A stretch of DNA of 64,000 nucleotides, from assembly GCF_037042905.1 (NCBI RefSeq), contig NC_087245.1, positions 22,322,001 through 22,386,000 on the forward strand. The letters are read 5' to 3'. A program made the position numbers and the translations under genes. Position 1 is the stretch's first letter, and every line of letters starts with the position of its first letter. Origin of the DNA: Lytechinus pictus (lineage: Eukaryota). Below, in pieces: positions 50,545 to 64,000 of the stretch. The notes under the pieces are model-generated. The model searched no databases and had not been told where the DNA came from. It saw only the letters and a list, made by a program, of their open reading frames with translations.

Positions 50545-53321
50545 AATGGTTATTTTCCGCACGCACAAAAAAAAATATATGTTATTTCTACCATGGGTAA
50601 TTCCCTAATTGGCACATAATTCCACATTGGTCACATCATTTCCTCCGAAGGCAAATATATATGAATGAAATTTTTGATAAACCATTCCTTTTATCACAAA
50701 GGTATACCCTCATGCCACTCACAATCCTTTGGTTTGCTTGCCACCCACCAGTGCCAGACAAAAACAAACAGAGAAAGTTCCTTGACCTTTGACCAGTAAT
50801 TATCACCTCAATTAACCCCCCTATCACATGACCTGACATGACCCCTAGGCAGACTGTGTCAGGGAAAGGACAAGATATCAATATCACTATCCAGCTGGGC
50901 AAAAAAAATGAAAATCCAGGCTCAATAACTTGTCTAGAAATAGCACACATTTGGCACATTCACACCCGAACCCTCATGAAAATACCTATAAATTAGGAGG
51001 AATTGTTGACACCTCATAACACCAGGAGATTATTTTTAAACAAGTACTTTCATTCATAATTAACTATTCATCCAATACAATATCAAATATAATGGTGAGC
51101 GATAAATGGCTGATCAAGACCAAGTACTGTATGTTATCTTCTTTCATGCCACATAAAACATGGCTGAACATCTGAAACGTATCTTTATCCTATGCGGACC
51201 ACACCCATATAAATTATGAGGTGCTAGATGATACATGTGTGGGTTTGATGGATATATGACAGGTGTTTTTTTTTTCTTCCCCCAGACAGCTGCTCTAGAT
51301 GGGTGGAGCACAAGGGCTTATCGGCTTACCATACACCTACATGAATGTGGAAGCAATGATCTGTCCTTGACATACATGACTCTTAAAGTTAAATACCTCT
51401 TAAGTTTCTTGTAGATCATTTTAGCAAGGACCTTCTAACAGATATCATTTATTTTAATGAGATGTGAACCTCATGTGCCTAAAACCTATAAGGGACAGAG
51501 ATCTCTATATTACTTTCCACATGGTTTCTAGATATAGTATTTGAGAGGCAAATCTTTAAGAGTGGGCAATTCCATAAAACTTTTTGTTCGTCCTGACCCC
51601 CATTTTTCTCAAGTCTTACTTCACTTTGTAACCTGATCAAGTCATGGTCCTTTGAGAACATTACAGACTGTCCAAAGAACCAGAAATCAGAAACAGAAAA
51701 TGTCATGAAGGTCCCACATATAGGGGGTCGGACATACATATTTTATGGACTTACCCGAGTGTTACCGGCTTTTTTTTTCTTTGAACTATTATCCCTCTCC
51801 ATACCAACAGTTCTATTAATCAAATGACATTAATCCAATTTATTTCATAACGATGATTCAAGGAAAACTCTCCAGGAACCAGGGTATCATTTGGGAAAGG
51901 TCATGGGAGAACTGCACACTTTGGAACTGGGGGGGGGGGGGTCTCCCTGGGTATCACACACTGAATCATCTTTCACTCAGAAAATTGTTCTCACTAGCTA
52001 GGCTACAACAAATGGGGATATTTAAACTTTAAACTTCATCTTATTTTAAACTTTAAACTTCATCTTATTTTAGAAGAGCACCCCTACTCTCAGGGAAAAA
52101 AGTCCCTGGAACAAGTTGTCTGGATATGAAAAATGATGGTGTAAGCCAGTTTAAATGTCAACTTTTAAGCTCTTGGTTTAACGATGAATCACCCGGTATT
52201 AGGTGGGAACATGATGAAATTGGCAATAGAGGGAAACCACAGATAAAATGTGTTCATCTTAAAGCTGATCGATCAGCTGGATTGAACGAATGTAGCACAA
52301 TCTTTGGCATGCGTTTTCCATGGAACCTCTGGCATCAGTCAGGGAGGAGGGGGGGGGGCAACATTTGTTGCCATGACTCCTATAAAGGAGGTCAATCCAG
52401 TTGTGCAGGAAGAAATTAACCTGGTACACTTCAAAACATTACAATTAATAAAGTATTTGAGTTCATGCCACAGGCCTGCCTGAAAACCTCAGCTTTTGAG
52501 CTACTTTTATTTTCATCTGATCCCAATTACAAGATCGACTCATTCTGGATCAAAGTGAACTTTGAGTATACCAGCAAAGACAATGCTACCTTATTCTAGA
52601 TCCGGGGTCCCAGTGCATAACAGCTACTATGGTAACAGACAGTACCATGGTACCAACAGCAAACCAATATCAAGGAATTCATGAAAGATACCATTTGATG
52701 GCATATATTTTTGATAGAACAGTTAATCCAAAATTAGCAACATGTCACATAAGTACGTACTGGGTGTAAACAGAAAATGTTAATCACATTTACGTGTCAT
52801 TAATCATTGACGTTGTTTGGCTGACATTTAATGAGCCTTGAAGCAATAATTGTAGAAAGGAAGTGTGGATGTGTGCAGAAATCATACAGATAAGATTTGA
52901 CATGACCATTATGACTTCCTATTAAAGATTAATCTTAATTTGTCTCACTTCCCTTCTTTCCAGTACCTATGAAATCATTACATTCTTTAAACATCCAGTC
53001 ATCCCATCATCTCCAGTTCATATTTCAACATTGACCAACACATTGTATTTGAAACAAACCATCTTTAGTTTCATATCTCCTTTCCTATCCCCTTTTATAA
53101 TGTACTCATGAAACATTTCAAGCACTACTAACTTACTTTTCTGTCCCAGATGCACAAAAATTCCTCATTTAGTTTGTTTTCCTTTATTAACTAAAATTCT
53201 TAATTTTGCACACTGACTTTGTACACACATCAACTCTTTACACAGTTTGAACAGATCAAGAAAACCTCTCTATCAAAAATATATACAATTAGTTCAATTA
53301 TTGTATTTTATATTCATACGT

Positions 53322-53610
53322 GGAGCATTGTGGCCCAGTGGATTAGTCTCCGGACTTTGAAACAGAGGGTCATGGGTTCCAATCCCAGCCATGGCGTAAT
53401 TTCCTCAAACAAGAAATTTATCCACATTGTGTTGCATTCGACTCAGGTGAGGTGAATGGGTACCCGGTAGGATTTATTCCTGGAATGCTTTAGCACCTAT
53501 TAATATGGCAGCTTAGCTACAGCCGGGGTAATAATATGATGCCAAGTATCAAAACACAGTTGGGTATATGCACATAGTAACTGCAATATATAAATGGACA
53601 TATTATCATT
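53322..53610 (+). mobile_element. Near full-length tRNA-derived SINE
   Basis: A box TGGCCCAGTGG, B box GGTTCCAATCC, core CAGGTGAGGTGAATGGGTACCCGG, and tail ...ATATAAATGGACATATTATCATT. Confidence 0.85.
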
Positions 53611-53737
53611 TTGGCTCCTTCATACTTGTTATGTTGTATTATTTGACCTGAATTTCCAATTCAAATGATAACAAACACCACCAACCACCCCAAAGAACTG
53701 GTCGAGGTACTAGTCAATTTCATGATGTAGGTTAAAT

Positions 53738-54579
53738 CATTGACCTATTACGAATGGACATTCAACGAGAGCATTTTATGACCACCACCTGTTTCCAGTT
53801 GTCAAAATTGCTGTCTAACCCTTAACTTTCTCTTTACGTGGTTTTTACGACGACCGCCCGGGGCGATTGTTTACACAAGCTCCTTTCGGCCGATGATCGT
53901 CACCGATCGATCACTGGCCCTCTTTCGACCAAAGACGGTCATGTTGTATGCCCGATTGCCAATAGGGAAAGTCCCTACATTACCTAGAATGCAATGCGCA
54001 ATTCATATCCGGTTTTTCAGTACATTATTTTAGGATGTCTATAATGTGCGATTGTCGTCTGTCCATCAAAAAAAATCCCGTTAAATTTCATCAATCCTGT
54101 GGAATTTTATGCCCAAATGAAAATCAACTTCTGACCGAAGGTAAGCGCTACTATCGACATCAATACTGTCCGAAAAAGATGAAATTTTAACGTTTTTCCG
54201 CAGATTTTTTCGTCAAATTTCAACTGCTTTTTTGCCGTAGATATACGGATCTGCAAGGTGATGTCAATGCATTTCATTTCCGGTTGTTAGCGATGTACGT
54301 AAAAAATACGTTTATGCACGCCTGTTTTCTTGTTTCTGCTATCATTTTCATAGCGCTAACGTTCGCTGCTGTGCGTTGCTTTTGATAAAGTGAACGAACA
54401 ACATCGCAATGGGTAGGAGCAGCGTACAATTGATTTCCGCTGTCCATCAGTGAGAGCGTGTTTTACGACCGGCTTGATGGGTGTCAGCTGCCAGCGCTCT
54501 GTTTATAAAAGGATTAGCGGCGACGGTCTTTGGGTCAAAGGAGGGGATTCGTTGAATGTCCATTCGTAATAGGTCCATG
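53738..54579. mobile_element. P-superfamily-like non-autonomous element (842 bp)
   Basis: 31-bp TIR CAT[T/G]GACCTATTACGAATGGACATTCAACGA (1 mismatch), perfect 7-bp TSD GTTAAAT (53731-53737, 54580-54586), subterminal inverted CCAAAGAC motifs, and no ORF. Confidence 0.9.
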
Positions 54580-57500
54580 GTTAAATCCCACCGCTGCCAC
54601 CAATATTACAGTTCCAGACATTTTCAATAGCCCTCTCTCCTCTAAGTGCCCCAATAAACCAATGTGGTTTGGGTGCTATTTCGCTATAATTGGAGGACTT
54701 CAAGTATGCTGAACATAGGAAAATTTATGCACTGACATAGCAACACACCTTGCACATTGCTTAATCCATTGAAAGTGCGATTATTTTTTATTCATACCCC
54801 CTCCCGTTACTGTAACCTACTAATTAAAAAATGCTAGAATTAGACAAAAGTGTTGCAGTTGCTCTAGAAAGATTTTGAGTACTTTTCATCATTTTCAGTT
54901 TTTTTAATCCACATGATTTACATTCCTTCAGGTATTTGTTCATGTCTTCTCATTCCTTTCGAGTTCCATCACATTTACATTCCTCAGGCCTATATCTTAC
55001 ATTCTGCTCACAGAATGCAGTCTGCTCAGTCTCAACATTCACAATCCAATTCCAAATGTTACTGATGTATGTATCATTGTCAAGACCTATATCCAGTTAA
55101 ATATCAACTACACAGAGGCAATTGACTCCATGTTGAATGATCCAAGTTATCAGTATCTACGCTTCACATTCCATCCGCATCAATGGCATAGGAGAACATG
55201 GAATGAGAGGAGCAAATACATTTATTCTCATTTTCAACCATGAGTATCTCATTTCATGAGCTATTAGGAAGATGGCTCCTCATTTACGGACCCTGTTTCA
55301 ATACCATTGCCAAACAAGCCCTTGGTATAAGTTACATACGGACTCCGGACTCCGTTTCAATACCAATGCCACACTTGTTATAAGTTATTCAAATGGCATT
55401 ACTTGATTGGTTAAGAGCAAATTTCCCATAAATTTCTCGCAGCAAGTTTATGGATTACTAGTATGTTTTATGAAACTGCACCCTGTTCAAAATACCAAGA
55501 AAAATATTAATTCTACTTTACAGTTAGAGCCCCTTATTTTCAACTGCAATACGAAGTATTAAATCTTTGCACTTTTCCCACAGGGGATACTCAAACATAA
55601 AAGAGGACATCCATCACCAATACACACAATGTTCAATTCTCTCTCTGAATATCGTATTCCATACAAGGCCTCAGGAGATTTGTATAATACTAAAAACTAC
55701 ATTCCATCATGTTTTCACACACACACACACCCACACACAGATATATACTGAAAATATCTGTGAATACAATATACAAGGTTGGAGAAAATACTTCATTTCA
55801 TATTCGCCCATACCTGATTTATTATTTTAGAAAATACCGCACACATATGGAAATCTTTGCATACCAGTATAACTTTTGAATACCATCAAATCATCTTCCG
55901 AAACCTTGAATGGAATGGTAAATTATCACACAGGACTGATCTGTCTATAATGAAGAGCAAGCGTCCGTATACTGCTATACTTTTGCCAGAGATTGAAGAA
56001 AACAGAAATTAATTTCTTTAAACAATTATTATTCTTTGCTGATATCTCCACAAACCAATGAAAATAGAGGTATTCACAAAACCTTTCAACTTATTTTCAA
56101 ACAATAAAAACACAACATGAGATAAAGTGTTCAACCAAATCTCCTTTTTAGTTTCCCCTATCAAGTTCAAGGTTGTATAAAGTCTAGAAGATTTTGCTGT
56201 ATTACAGTGAGCTGCAGTGGTTTGAGAATTATGCATCATGTTTCAAAATGCAAAATGGGTAAAATTTCAGAGTTTATCCAGAAAATTTCCTCACGTCAAA
56301 AGGAGGATTTATCTAGATTTGTGCCATTTTCAAGTGACATATCGCATATCCTGTAAAAAAGAGTACATTGATGCTGTTACCTACGTGAATGTCACGTCAC
56401 ATAATCATAACATCCTCAGAAGTTCCACAGGTTGCTATGTTCACATAGTTTTGATTGGTTGGAAATTGATTTGATTTTATCACCTTATCACTCCTCAGAC
56501 CCACTGAACGACCAAGCAGTGGGCCTACATAGTCTCTTGCACAATGCACATCTGAAAGTAAATTTAGGATTTTTTATATTTCAGAGATATAATACCTAGG
56601 ATACAATATGCTTTTTATAAATGAATTGTTTTGAGCTAAATTGTCTTTCTTTTAGGTTAAAAAATGCTGCTGCTAAAATTTGAGATGAATTTCATAACTT
56701 GTTGTGGGGTTATACACTTGGATCAGTCGATCTACATTTTTCAAAATGCATTATCACATCACTTTACGGCTATCACTGTTATATTGTTTTATAATCCACA
56801 TACAGGCCTATATTGATAATTCCATTTGTATGGAAGAAAGCAACAAAAAACTGCTATTTGATTGCCCAAAAGTTTACTGTGAAACACATATTTTGTCACT
56901 CCACATTTGTGGTATAGAGAAGAAAAGGCACAATCAAGTGTTAAAACGCCAACAGTGGAATAACAAAGTTAATTCACCAAGGTGTTGGTTGCTGTAAGCC
57001 AATTTACTCCTCACTAGTTGACTTCTAGCTCCTTTCACTTGGCGAAATTCAATTTTCAAAAGGACACTGTCAGCTGCAGGAACGGATTGACAAACAACAA
57101 TCGGACCAACTACAAATCTGAGCAAGTGTTCCCTTTTCTTCATAGAGAATTTAGATTGTTTGAGGGCGGCAAAGGAAAAAAGCGATTTCTGGAATGAAAA
57201 GGGATTGAATAGAAATGAAAATACAGCGATTTCGGTGTGAGAAATGGGGTTGTCGCCTGCAGGAATCGAAATCCGGAATGGCAGGATAAGGAAGGCCCGC
57301 TGTGAGGATTATTGTTAGAGATCTTTTTTCTGCTCTTTGGAAAAGAGGACTAAAAGTGCATCTTGTCCCCATTCAGCTTACTAAAATATTATGTATAGCT
57401 CTAACTGAGAGTGGTAAATAATATGAATAATTTAGACTTGAGATCCCATCATTTCTACAGTCATTAAAGCCCCAAATTATTATCACGAAACAGGGTGTGG

Positions 57501-60500
57501 CTTATCATAAACATTGATGTCTGTGTAGCTTTCATTTTATTCCTATTCAAATAATATTTCTTTTCCCAACTGCTTTATGTTGTTTCTACAAACAGGTAGA
57601 TTCAAAATACTGAACAGTCTGAATTGGTATTTTGTGTTTGGAGGGCTCGTGAAGGCAAAGTTAGGTGGTAATAAAATGTTTTCATTCCGCTGCCTTGTTA
57701 TTTCCTACCTCCTAAGTGCATTTTGTCATGAAGTGACAATGATAAAGCCTCCTCAATTCTCTCCCTAATAGGGATCTTGTCAAAACAGAACCCAAAGTCC
57801 CTTTTATATTCATCGATTATTAAAGCTGGCTCAAATCCATACACACAAAACTGAACCTAAAACCCTGCATTCATCTTACTTTATTTTTTCTTAAGATTCT
57901 ATAAAGTGGAATATTGGAATATCATCCAAGCTTACAAAAGAGTACAAAGTAGGGCTACAAATTTTTCTACATACGGCTTTGTGTCATGACATGAGTAAAA
58001 CAATGAAATCAAGGGCAAATTAAAGATTGATAAATGTGAAGGTGTTTAGCTCTGAATCGGCAATAACTAGCACTTTTTTTATCAAATGTAAATAAAGGTA
58101 CATTAATTCATGCTCTTTTTCACAAACTAGCACACACTTCACATCTTTATAAACCATACTTTCCTTCTTCAAACCAAAATTCCTACTTCTTGAGACCTGT
58201 GGAATGCAAAACATTTCAAATTTAGCATAGCAAAAATGCATTTCAGAGAACCATTATGAATATAAATTATTACATCTGACTTGACAAGCAAGTTGAAATA
58301 GGTCAGATTCAGAACATAAAATTATTTCAAAAGAAACCCATTATTTTTAATTTGTTCAACGGCATTTGGGAAGAATATAAATCAAAATCACAAAGAAAGA
58401 CTGGATAACTTTAAAATCAGCCATCATGACAATGCAGATCAGAATGTAGTGTCCTGGTAGCAGAATTGAATCAGCATGAACTGAAAAACAAAGCATCATG
58501 CATAATAAGAGGAAATTGGATGACTACGTGTAGATGGAATCTTGACTTTATATAATGTCAAAGAGTCAATGACCCAATGATTAAGACTCCAATTTACCTT
58601 TTTACCCTAAAAGAATCTTTCTCTTCAAAAGAACTCTTCAGAACTGAGAGTCTGCAGCAGACAGTATGTGTATATCCCTGAAGAGGCATCAGAGTCTGAA
58701 CAACAGGATACAAGGATTCAAATCCACAACATTTTCGTATCTCACAACCGAAAATACTCTTCATCTCACGTCCGCAGCTACAGAGAGGTCAAATAAAAGA
58801 CAGCTCACCTGGTTTCAGACTCAAAGAAGTTTTCAGATTCTTAGAAAATAAATTGTTGTGGTATTATGTTTGCAGCTGTAAGGCACGTCAGGCACGTGCA
58901 GCACATTCAAAAGTAAGAATTACTTGGAGGATTTTTTTACAACATATATTTCTTCCAAACTGCTGACATTGATTTTCCAAGTGGATAGAAATAGAAGATT
59001 TCTGTGATGACACAGTTGTGGCAATACCTGATTATTCCTCAAATTGGAAAATAAAACCTGATGGTCAACCCATGAAGACACAAACACCTCTATGGTCAAT
59101 CTCGTAAGGGCTGCAGATGCTGTAAAACCAATCAAAGCAATTTCAATATCTATGGAAACCGTGATTTAGTGTTGAGAGATTCTTCTCTCAATGGCAAATG
59201 ACTCGGAGGATTCAAAATCTCACACTAAGCTAAATAAAAATTATCAAATCCAACCACAGAAGTAAAGTGATCCAAATGATACTGGTGTTAAAGGCCCTCC
59301 TCCAATAATTTTAGCCATATATTGTTGTTCTCAATTGATTTCAACAAAATACGTCAGATTTCTATTCATTTAATTCTTATTAAACAGGTTAAAAGTTCAT
59401 CAAGCCGACCGCACTTGGCCAGAGGCATGAACCCTGCCCGCCCTTTATCCTCCGACTGGAAGAAGTTCAAGAAATTCTTGAAAGTCCCTTTGACCAGTTT
59501 CTCCCTTACTAATCCACTCCCTCGTCAACCCTAATTCAAGAAGAAGGGCGAAAATTGTTTAACTCCACCCCACGATCAATTTTCGGCCCCCATTTCAGGG
59601 CTCTGCGGACAGTCCATCTCTCAGCAACAAATTGGGTCATGATTCCAAGTTTAAGAACGGGATCCGATGACCCATTGGTATCTCGCCCTCCGGGGACTCT
59701 GTGTGTGATTTTCAGCTCTGGAGTTGGGGAGAGGTAATCCAATATTGGTCTGAACTTGGCACTACACCTGAGATACTGACCATACTGCGCTGTTGGATGA
59801 CCCCATTCTCATTAGAGCGAGGTGATGTTTGACTTTTCTCAAAGTCCGATGGATGAAATGGAGTTTTCAGATGTTTAAATTCCTGGGAACCTATCAGGGG
59901 ACGTGGGTTTGTAAATAAATGGACAAATCTGTCTCTAAGTTGTTAGAATTACACAATTGATAGCTTTGATCAAGGAGCTTCTTTGATACTGACTCTTGTG
60001 ATCACTCTCATGGACTGCATGGACTGGTCTCTATAGGGATATGTATTGCCCTGTTCAGCTAAGGAAAAAAAATCAGCAAGATATTGCAATGAAGAACCAC
60101 AGCACAAGTTGTGCTATAAATGTGGTTCATTGGATTCTCAAAGACTGCATATCCCATCAAAATATTTGGTGTTGTATCACTATGAAAGAAAACCAATTCC
60201 CTAGGTATTACAGTGAACTTTTATTGTAAACTTCTGCACTTGTGTGTAAACTTTAAAAGGTGGGTCAAGTTTAATGTCTGTGTGATCTGTGATATTATTA
60301 TACTACTCCATAAAAAAACCCATCTTTACTATTTGTTATGATACCAAGGGGGATAAAATATTTGTACTGGCATATAAAAAGTTCTATATGCCATTTCTGT
60401 CAGTTTATAGGTTAATATTCTCATTATACAAGGACATAAAGTTAGAATGGTGATGACAGCTTTAAAGTGATATGAAACTGCAATAGTGTGACAGAGTGCG

Positions 60501-62614
60501 ACAAGGGACTCTGAATTATTGATGTCAGGGTTAGGATATGTAAGCAATACACATCTCGCATAAAAACCTGATATATATGATATAAACATCCCATGACTGC
60601 ATGGCCTAAAAGTCATATCAAGTTTAACAAAGTTTGTGTACTGAGTTCCCATGGTTCCTTGCTATCATCGAAGTATCAAATTAAAATCATGGTGGCTTTT
60701 TCTTAAGGGGGGGGTACAAATAAGACCATTCATACTTTCTAATCTCCCTTAGAGGATGCCCACCCTCATAAGATCTGCTTGGAAATAATTTTTCCCGGTC
60801 AATATCGGCATGGTGAATTTGATCTAAAAGATCTAGGAAGCGATCCTCTGGACTGATCTAGAATAATTCTGATAGAATAAATGGAAAAAGTTCCAATATT
60901 TGATCTTTACTGGGAGTGCATATAAGAACTTTGCATATTTGAGATTAGTGTGTAGGGCCTACAATTTCAAATTTATGCACAAATCTTCCCCGTTCTCCAA
61001 ATTCAAATGATGGTGTTCCCATTGCAACATGGGCTATTCTACTGAACTCTGTTGTAGCTACAAAATCAGTGGATTGATCCCATCAGAAGACATGGCACAA
61101 TGAAGCAAATTTTTCCCTTTGATATTGAAATGTTTTGTTTCTACTCTCTGTCTAGCATCACTCATGATCACTTAAAACATCTTTGTGCAAACATGTAGGA
61201 TCTTCAATCTTGTCATAAACATTGATCTTAATTAGTCTAATGACTGCCCTATCCTAAATACAAGATGATTATCTGCCACTTATAGGAAGGAATACAACAA
61301 ATCGGTACTTAAAATTTTCCCACACAATTAATTGCTACAATCAATTGCTACTTAATCAGATGATGAGAGCTTGTCTAATCAAAACCTTTCTGTTATATAA
61401 TTGAATTATAATTGGTTTGTTTCATTCTTCTTTCATTACAACCAGTCTATAATCATCATTTAGATCATTTTGTTTTGCAAAACTATTGGTAATCCTTAGA
61501 CCCATCATATGCAGACATTCCCAAATTAAATGGATTAGAAATTGATACATGGAACAAAAGATTATAATCATGTATCCACATGTCAACAAGCTACAATACG
61601 AAACAATTTTCTTTACAACTACCGCCAAAACAATACAAAGATCGTATCATCATCAAAGCATTTTTTCTTCACAATAACAAAGTTCAAGTAAAAAATAGAA
61701 CTAAAGAGAAAATCTTATAAAGAGTAGAAGGATAACAAAGACTCCATAACTGAAAAAAAATAACTTAAAGTCCGGAAATAAATAACTTTTGTCTTTGTTC
61801 TCGCCTACCAGCATGCCAGACTCAATGAACTTCAGACGATAGATTTGTTCATACCCAGTAAACAGATCTAATCCTACACATTCATGTGGGTGTATATCGT
61901 CACATGATTTACAAAACTGCAGTGTACTCAATACACTAGAATTACCATCTACCAAAGGACAAAATAAAAATCATGAACGTTCAAATTCCTGACACAATAC
62001 TAATTTTAGCACTCCACAGCATAACAACAGCTACAAATGCCAAGGAAATTAGTACAGACTATCTAAAAAAATTATATTATTAACCCATTGCTTACTAGAA
62101 CACGGTTGTCCCTGTACAAAGTCTATGGGAATTACAGAATTCAGTAGTCTACAGGTTAACACCAAATACGGCAGTAAAGAACTAATAATAATAAATCATC
62201 GGTGGTAACTGCTTCCTTATGATAATGAATTCCTATGTAAAGAAAAAAGCAATGACAAATTAGCTCTATTCCACATTCGTACTTTGGGCAAAATCACTTC
62301 ATTTTGTTTTTCAAGTTCACAATTTTAAAGAGCGCAGGTGAATAACTCCCAATGAAATTCATTCATTCATGACCAATGAACTTCCCTTTATATACTCCGA
62401 TGAACCTTTTGCCACCGCAGAAAGACAAACCAACTATGCGGAAAGAGATTTCGAGAAGAATTGTTACTGTTTTTACTCCACCAAAATGGGCAACAGTTGT
62501 GATTTGGAGGTTAAATGGTCCAGAAAATACCAACAGGTAATGTGTACAAGGAAGTCTGACAGAGATGTATTACTAGTAATACTCATAAATCACTGGTGCT
62601 TCTACTCCTTCTTG

Positions 62615-63449
62615 GGGTGCGTTTATCCGCCACTTTTTTACCCTAGAATCATGATCTGAATCATGATTCAAATCATGATTCTGCAGAATCACGATTGCGT
62701 TTAGTCGAAATTGAATATAATCATGATTAGAATCACAAACATGAAACACGAAAAAAGGGGCGTTTGGAAAGACGTTTCTGCAGAATCACGTACGAAAATG
62801 TTCGAATAAACGATATCGTGATTACAATCATGATTCTATGACCTCACTGTTGTGTCGGGCTACTTTCGGTTTGACTCTGGCCAAGCTCAAGGCGCTCTAT
62901 ATGCTCATTGTATGTACATGATTATGTACTACGCATTCATTTCTTGTCATGTTCAAGTTCTGTGTTGGTCATCGCATCGTCCACTACTTTTCATTTTTTG
63001 GTCATGTCTTCAAGTTCTAGTATAAAACTAAATGAATTAACTGGACAGACAATGATCTCAGTTGTTGTTGAGTATACAGTATCAATATGGGATCAATATT
63101 AAATTGGATCTACGCTGAAATTCACTTCCGAACACCATTTTGGGTAAACTAACAAGATGAATAGAAGCATATGGACCCTATATGATAGAAGTAAACAAAA
63201 TGAGGTATAGACTGAATTCTGGAAGCAAAAGATTTTTCGAGAGCCGAAACACGTGCGAAAAACTTCCTCTGTCAAACTGCGCACTAGTGATGCGCACTGG
63301 ATTGGCCCGAATCTGAGGAGAAACAGCATTGGAATGAAGGTCGTCTAAACGCTGATTCTGTGATATTGTGATTCATGTTTGTGTTTTGAATCATGATTCA
63401 AATCATGATTCAAATCATGATTCTGGCTTGAGGTCGCATAAACGCAGCC
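62615..63449. mobile_element. Non-autonomous TIR element with AATCATGATT subterminal arrays
   Basis: GGGTGCGTTTATCCG ... CGCATAAACGCAGCC. The palindrome AATCATGATT is repeated near both ends. No matching TSD. Confidence 0.8.
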
Positions 63450-64000
63450 TAATAATCACAAGCCAATCTAACAAAACAAAAACTTTTTAAAAAGTACTTG
63501 TTCAATACATTAATCTTTAAGCTTTTAAAAAAAATTCTTTTGAATTTGGAGAATAATTTATACCATGCAATATCTATCAAATGCCAAAATACATGCCAAA
63601 ATATGTTTTGCATTTGAATGGCTATGACAGTAAACTAAAGATAAGTATGAGGTAATACTGTAGGCCTACATGTTTCATTTGTACCTTTATTGTAGTAATG
63701 ATCCAAAGTTTGAGGCAAAGTGCTGATGATCTTTATAATTACCATGACCGTTTTTTGACCTATAAACAATTCTTGAACTTGAAGCACATCTTGTTACCAG
63801 CACATCATCTAACATCCTGTGCCTTCACATAATGAGATTCATTTCCAGACTACTTAAAATGGAGAACACGTTTCTTGGAAACTGTTGCAGTATGACGTTT
63901 ATACCTGCAGTCACTGCTACACATGCAATCTCCCATGTGCAGGGCTTCATACTTACAAAATGTGGTTGAACTAGGTATTGGCCTTAGATTGAATTTAGCC

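Noticed and set aside
53322..53395. tRNA gene (also 3870-3942)
   Set aside because: The A/B boxes run on into SINE core and tail sequence, with no clean cloverleaf or terminator.
30000..64000. Remaining 60-143 aa ORFs
   Set aside because: Short, often without ATG starts, with no recognisable domains or transposase/RT motifs; consistent with chance ORFs.

Overview
This is AT-rich, repeat-dense eukaryotic genomic DNA. The repeat inventory (tRNA-derived SINEs, TTAA/Kolobok-like elements, Helentron-like elements, many MITEs) looks like an invertebrate deuterostome, most likely a sea urchin; this is an inference. I can support only one protein-coding gene, a minus-strand SLCO4-type organic anion transporter (OATP). 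Its first coding exon is at 22214-21392. A second 100-bp exon at 8239-8140 is missed by the ORF track, and the remaining exons probably lie left of the window. A candidate long 5'UTR and a CpG-rich promoter/first exon lie at about 22.2-29.5 kb. The rest is intron or intergenic sequence full of non-autonomous transposons. The most interesting result is a P-element-like family. It has an intact 842-bp copy (31-bp TIRs, 7-bp TSD) and two 20-21-bp remnants of its own termini between target duplications, which look like excision footprints. Also present are a young near-identical inverted pair of Harbinger-like MITEs, a poly-G/poly-C-tipped element with an 8-9-bp TSD, and a nested template-switch palindrome. 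No CRISPR array, rRNA, true tRNA or transposase ORF was seen, and I found no evidence for a new multi-gene system.
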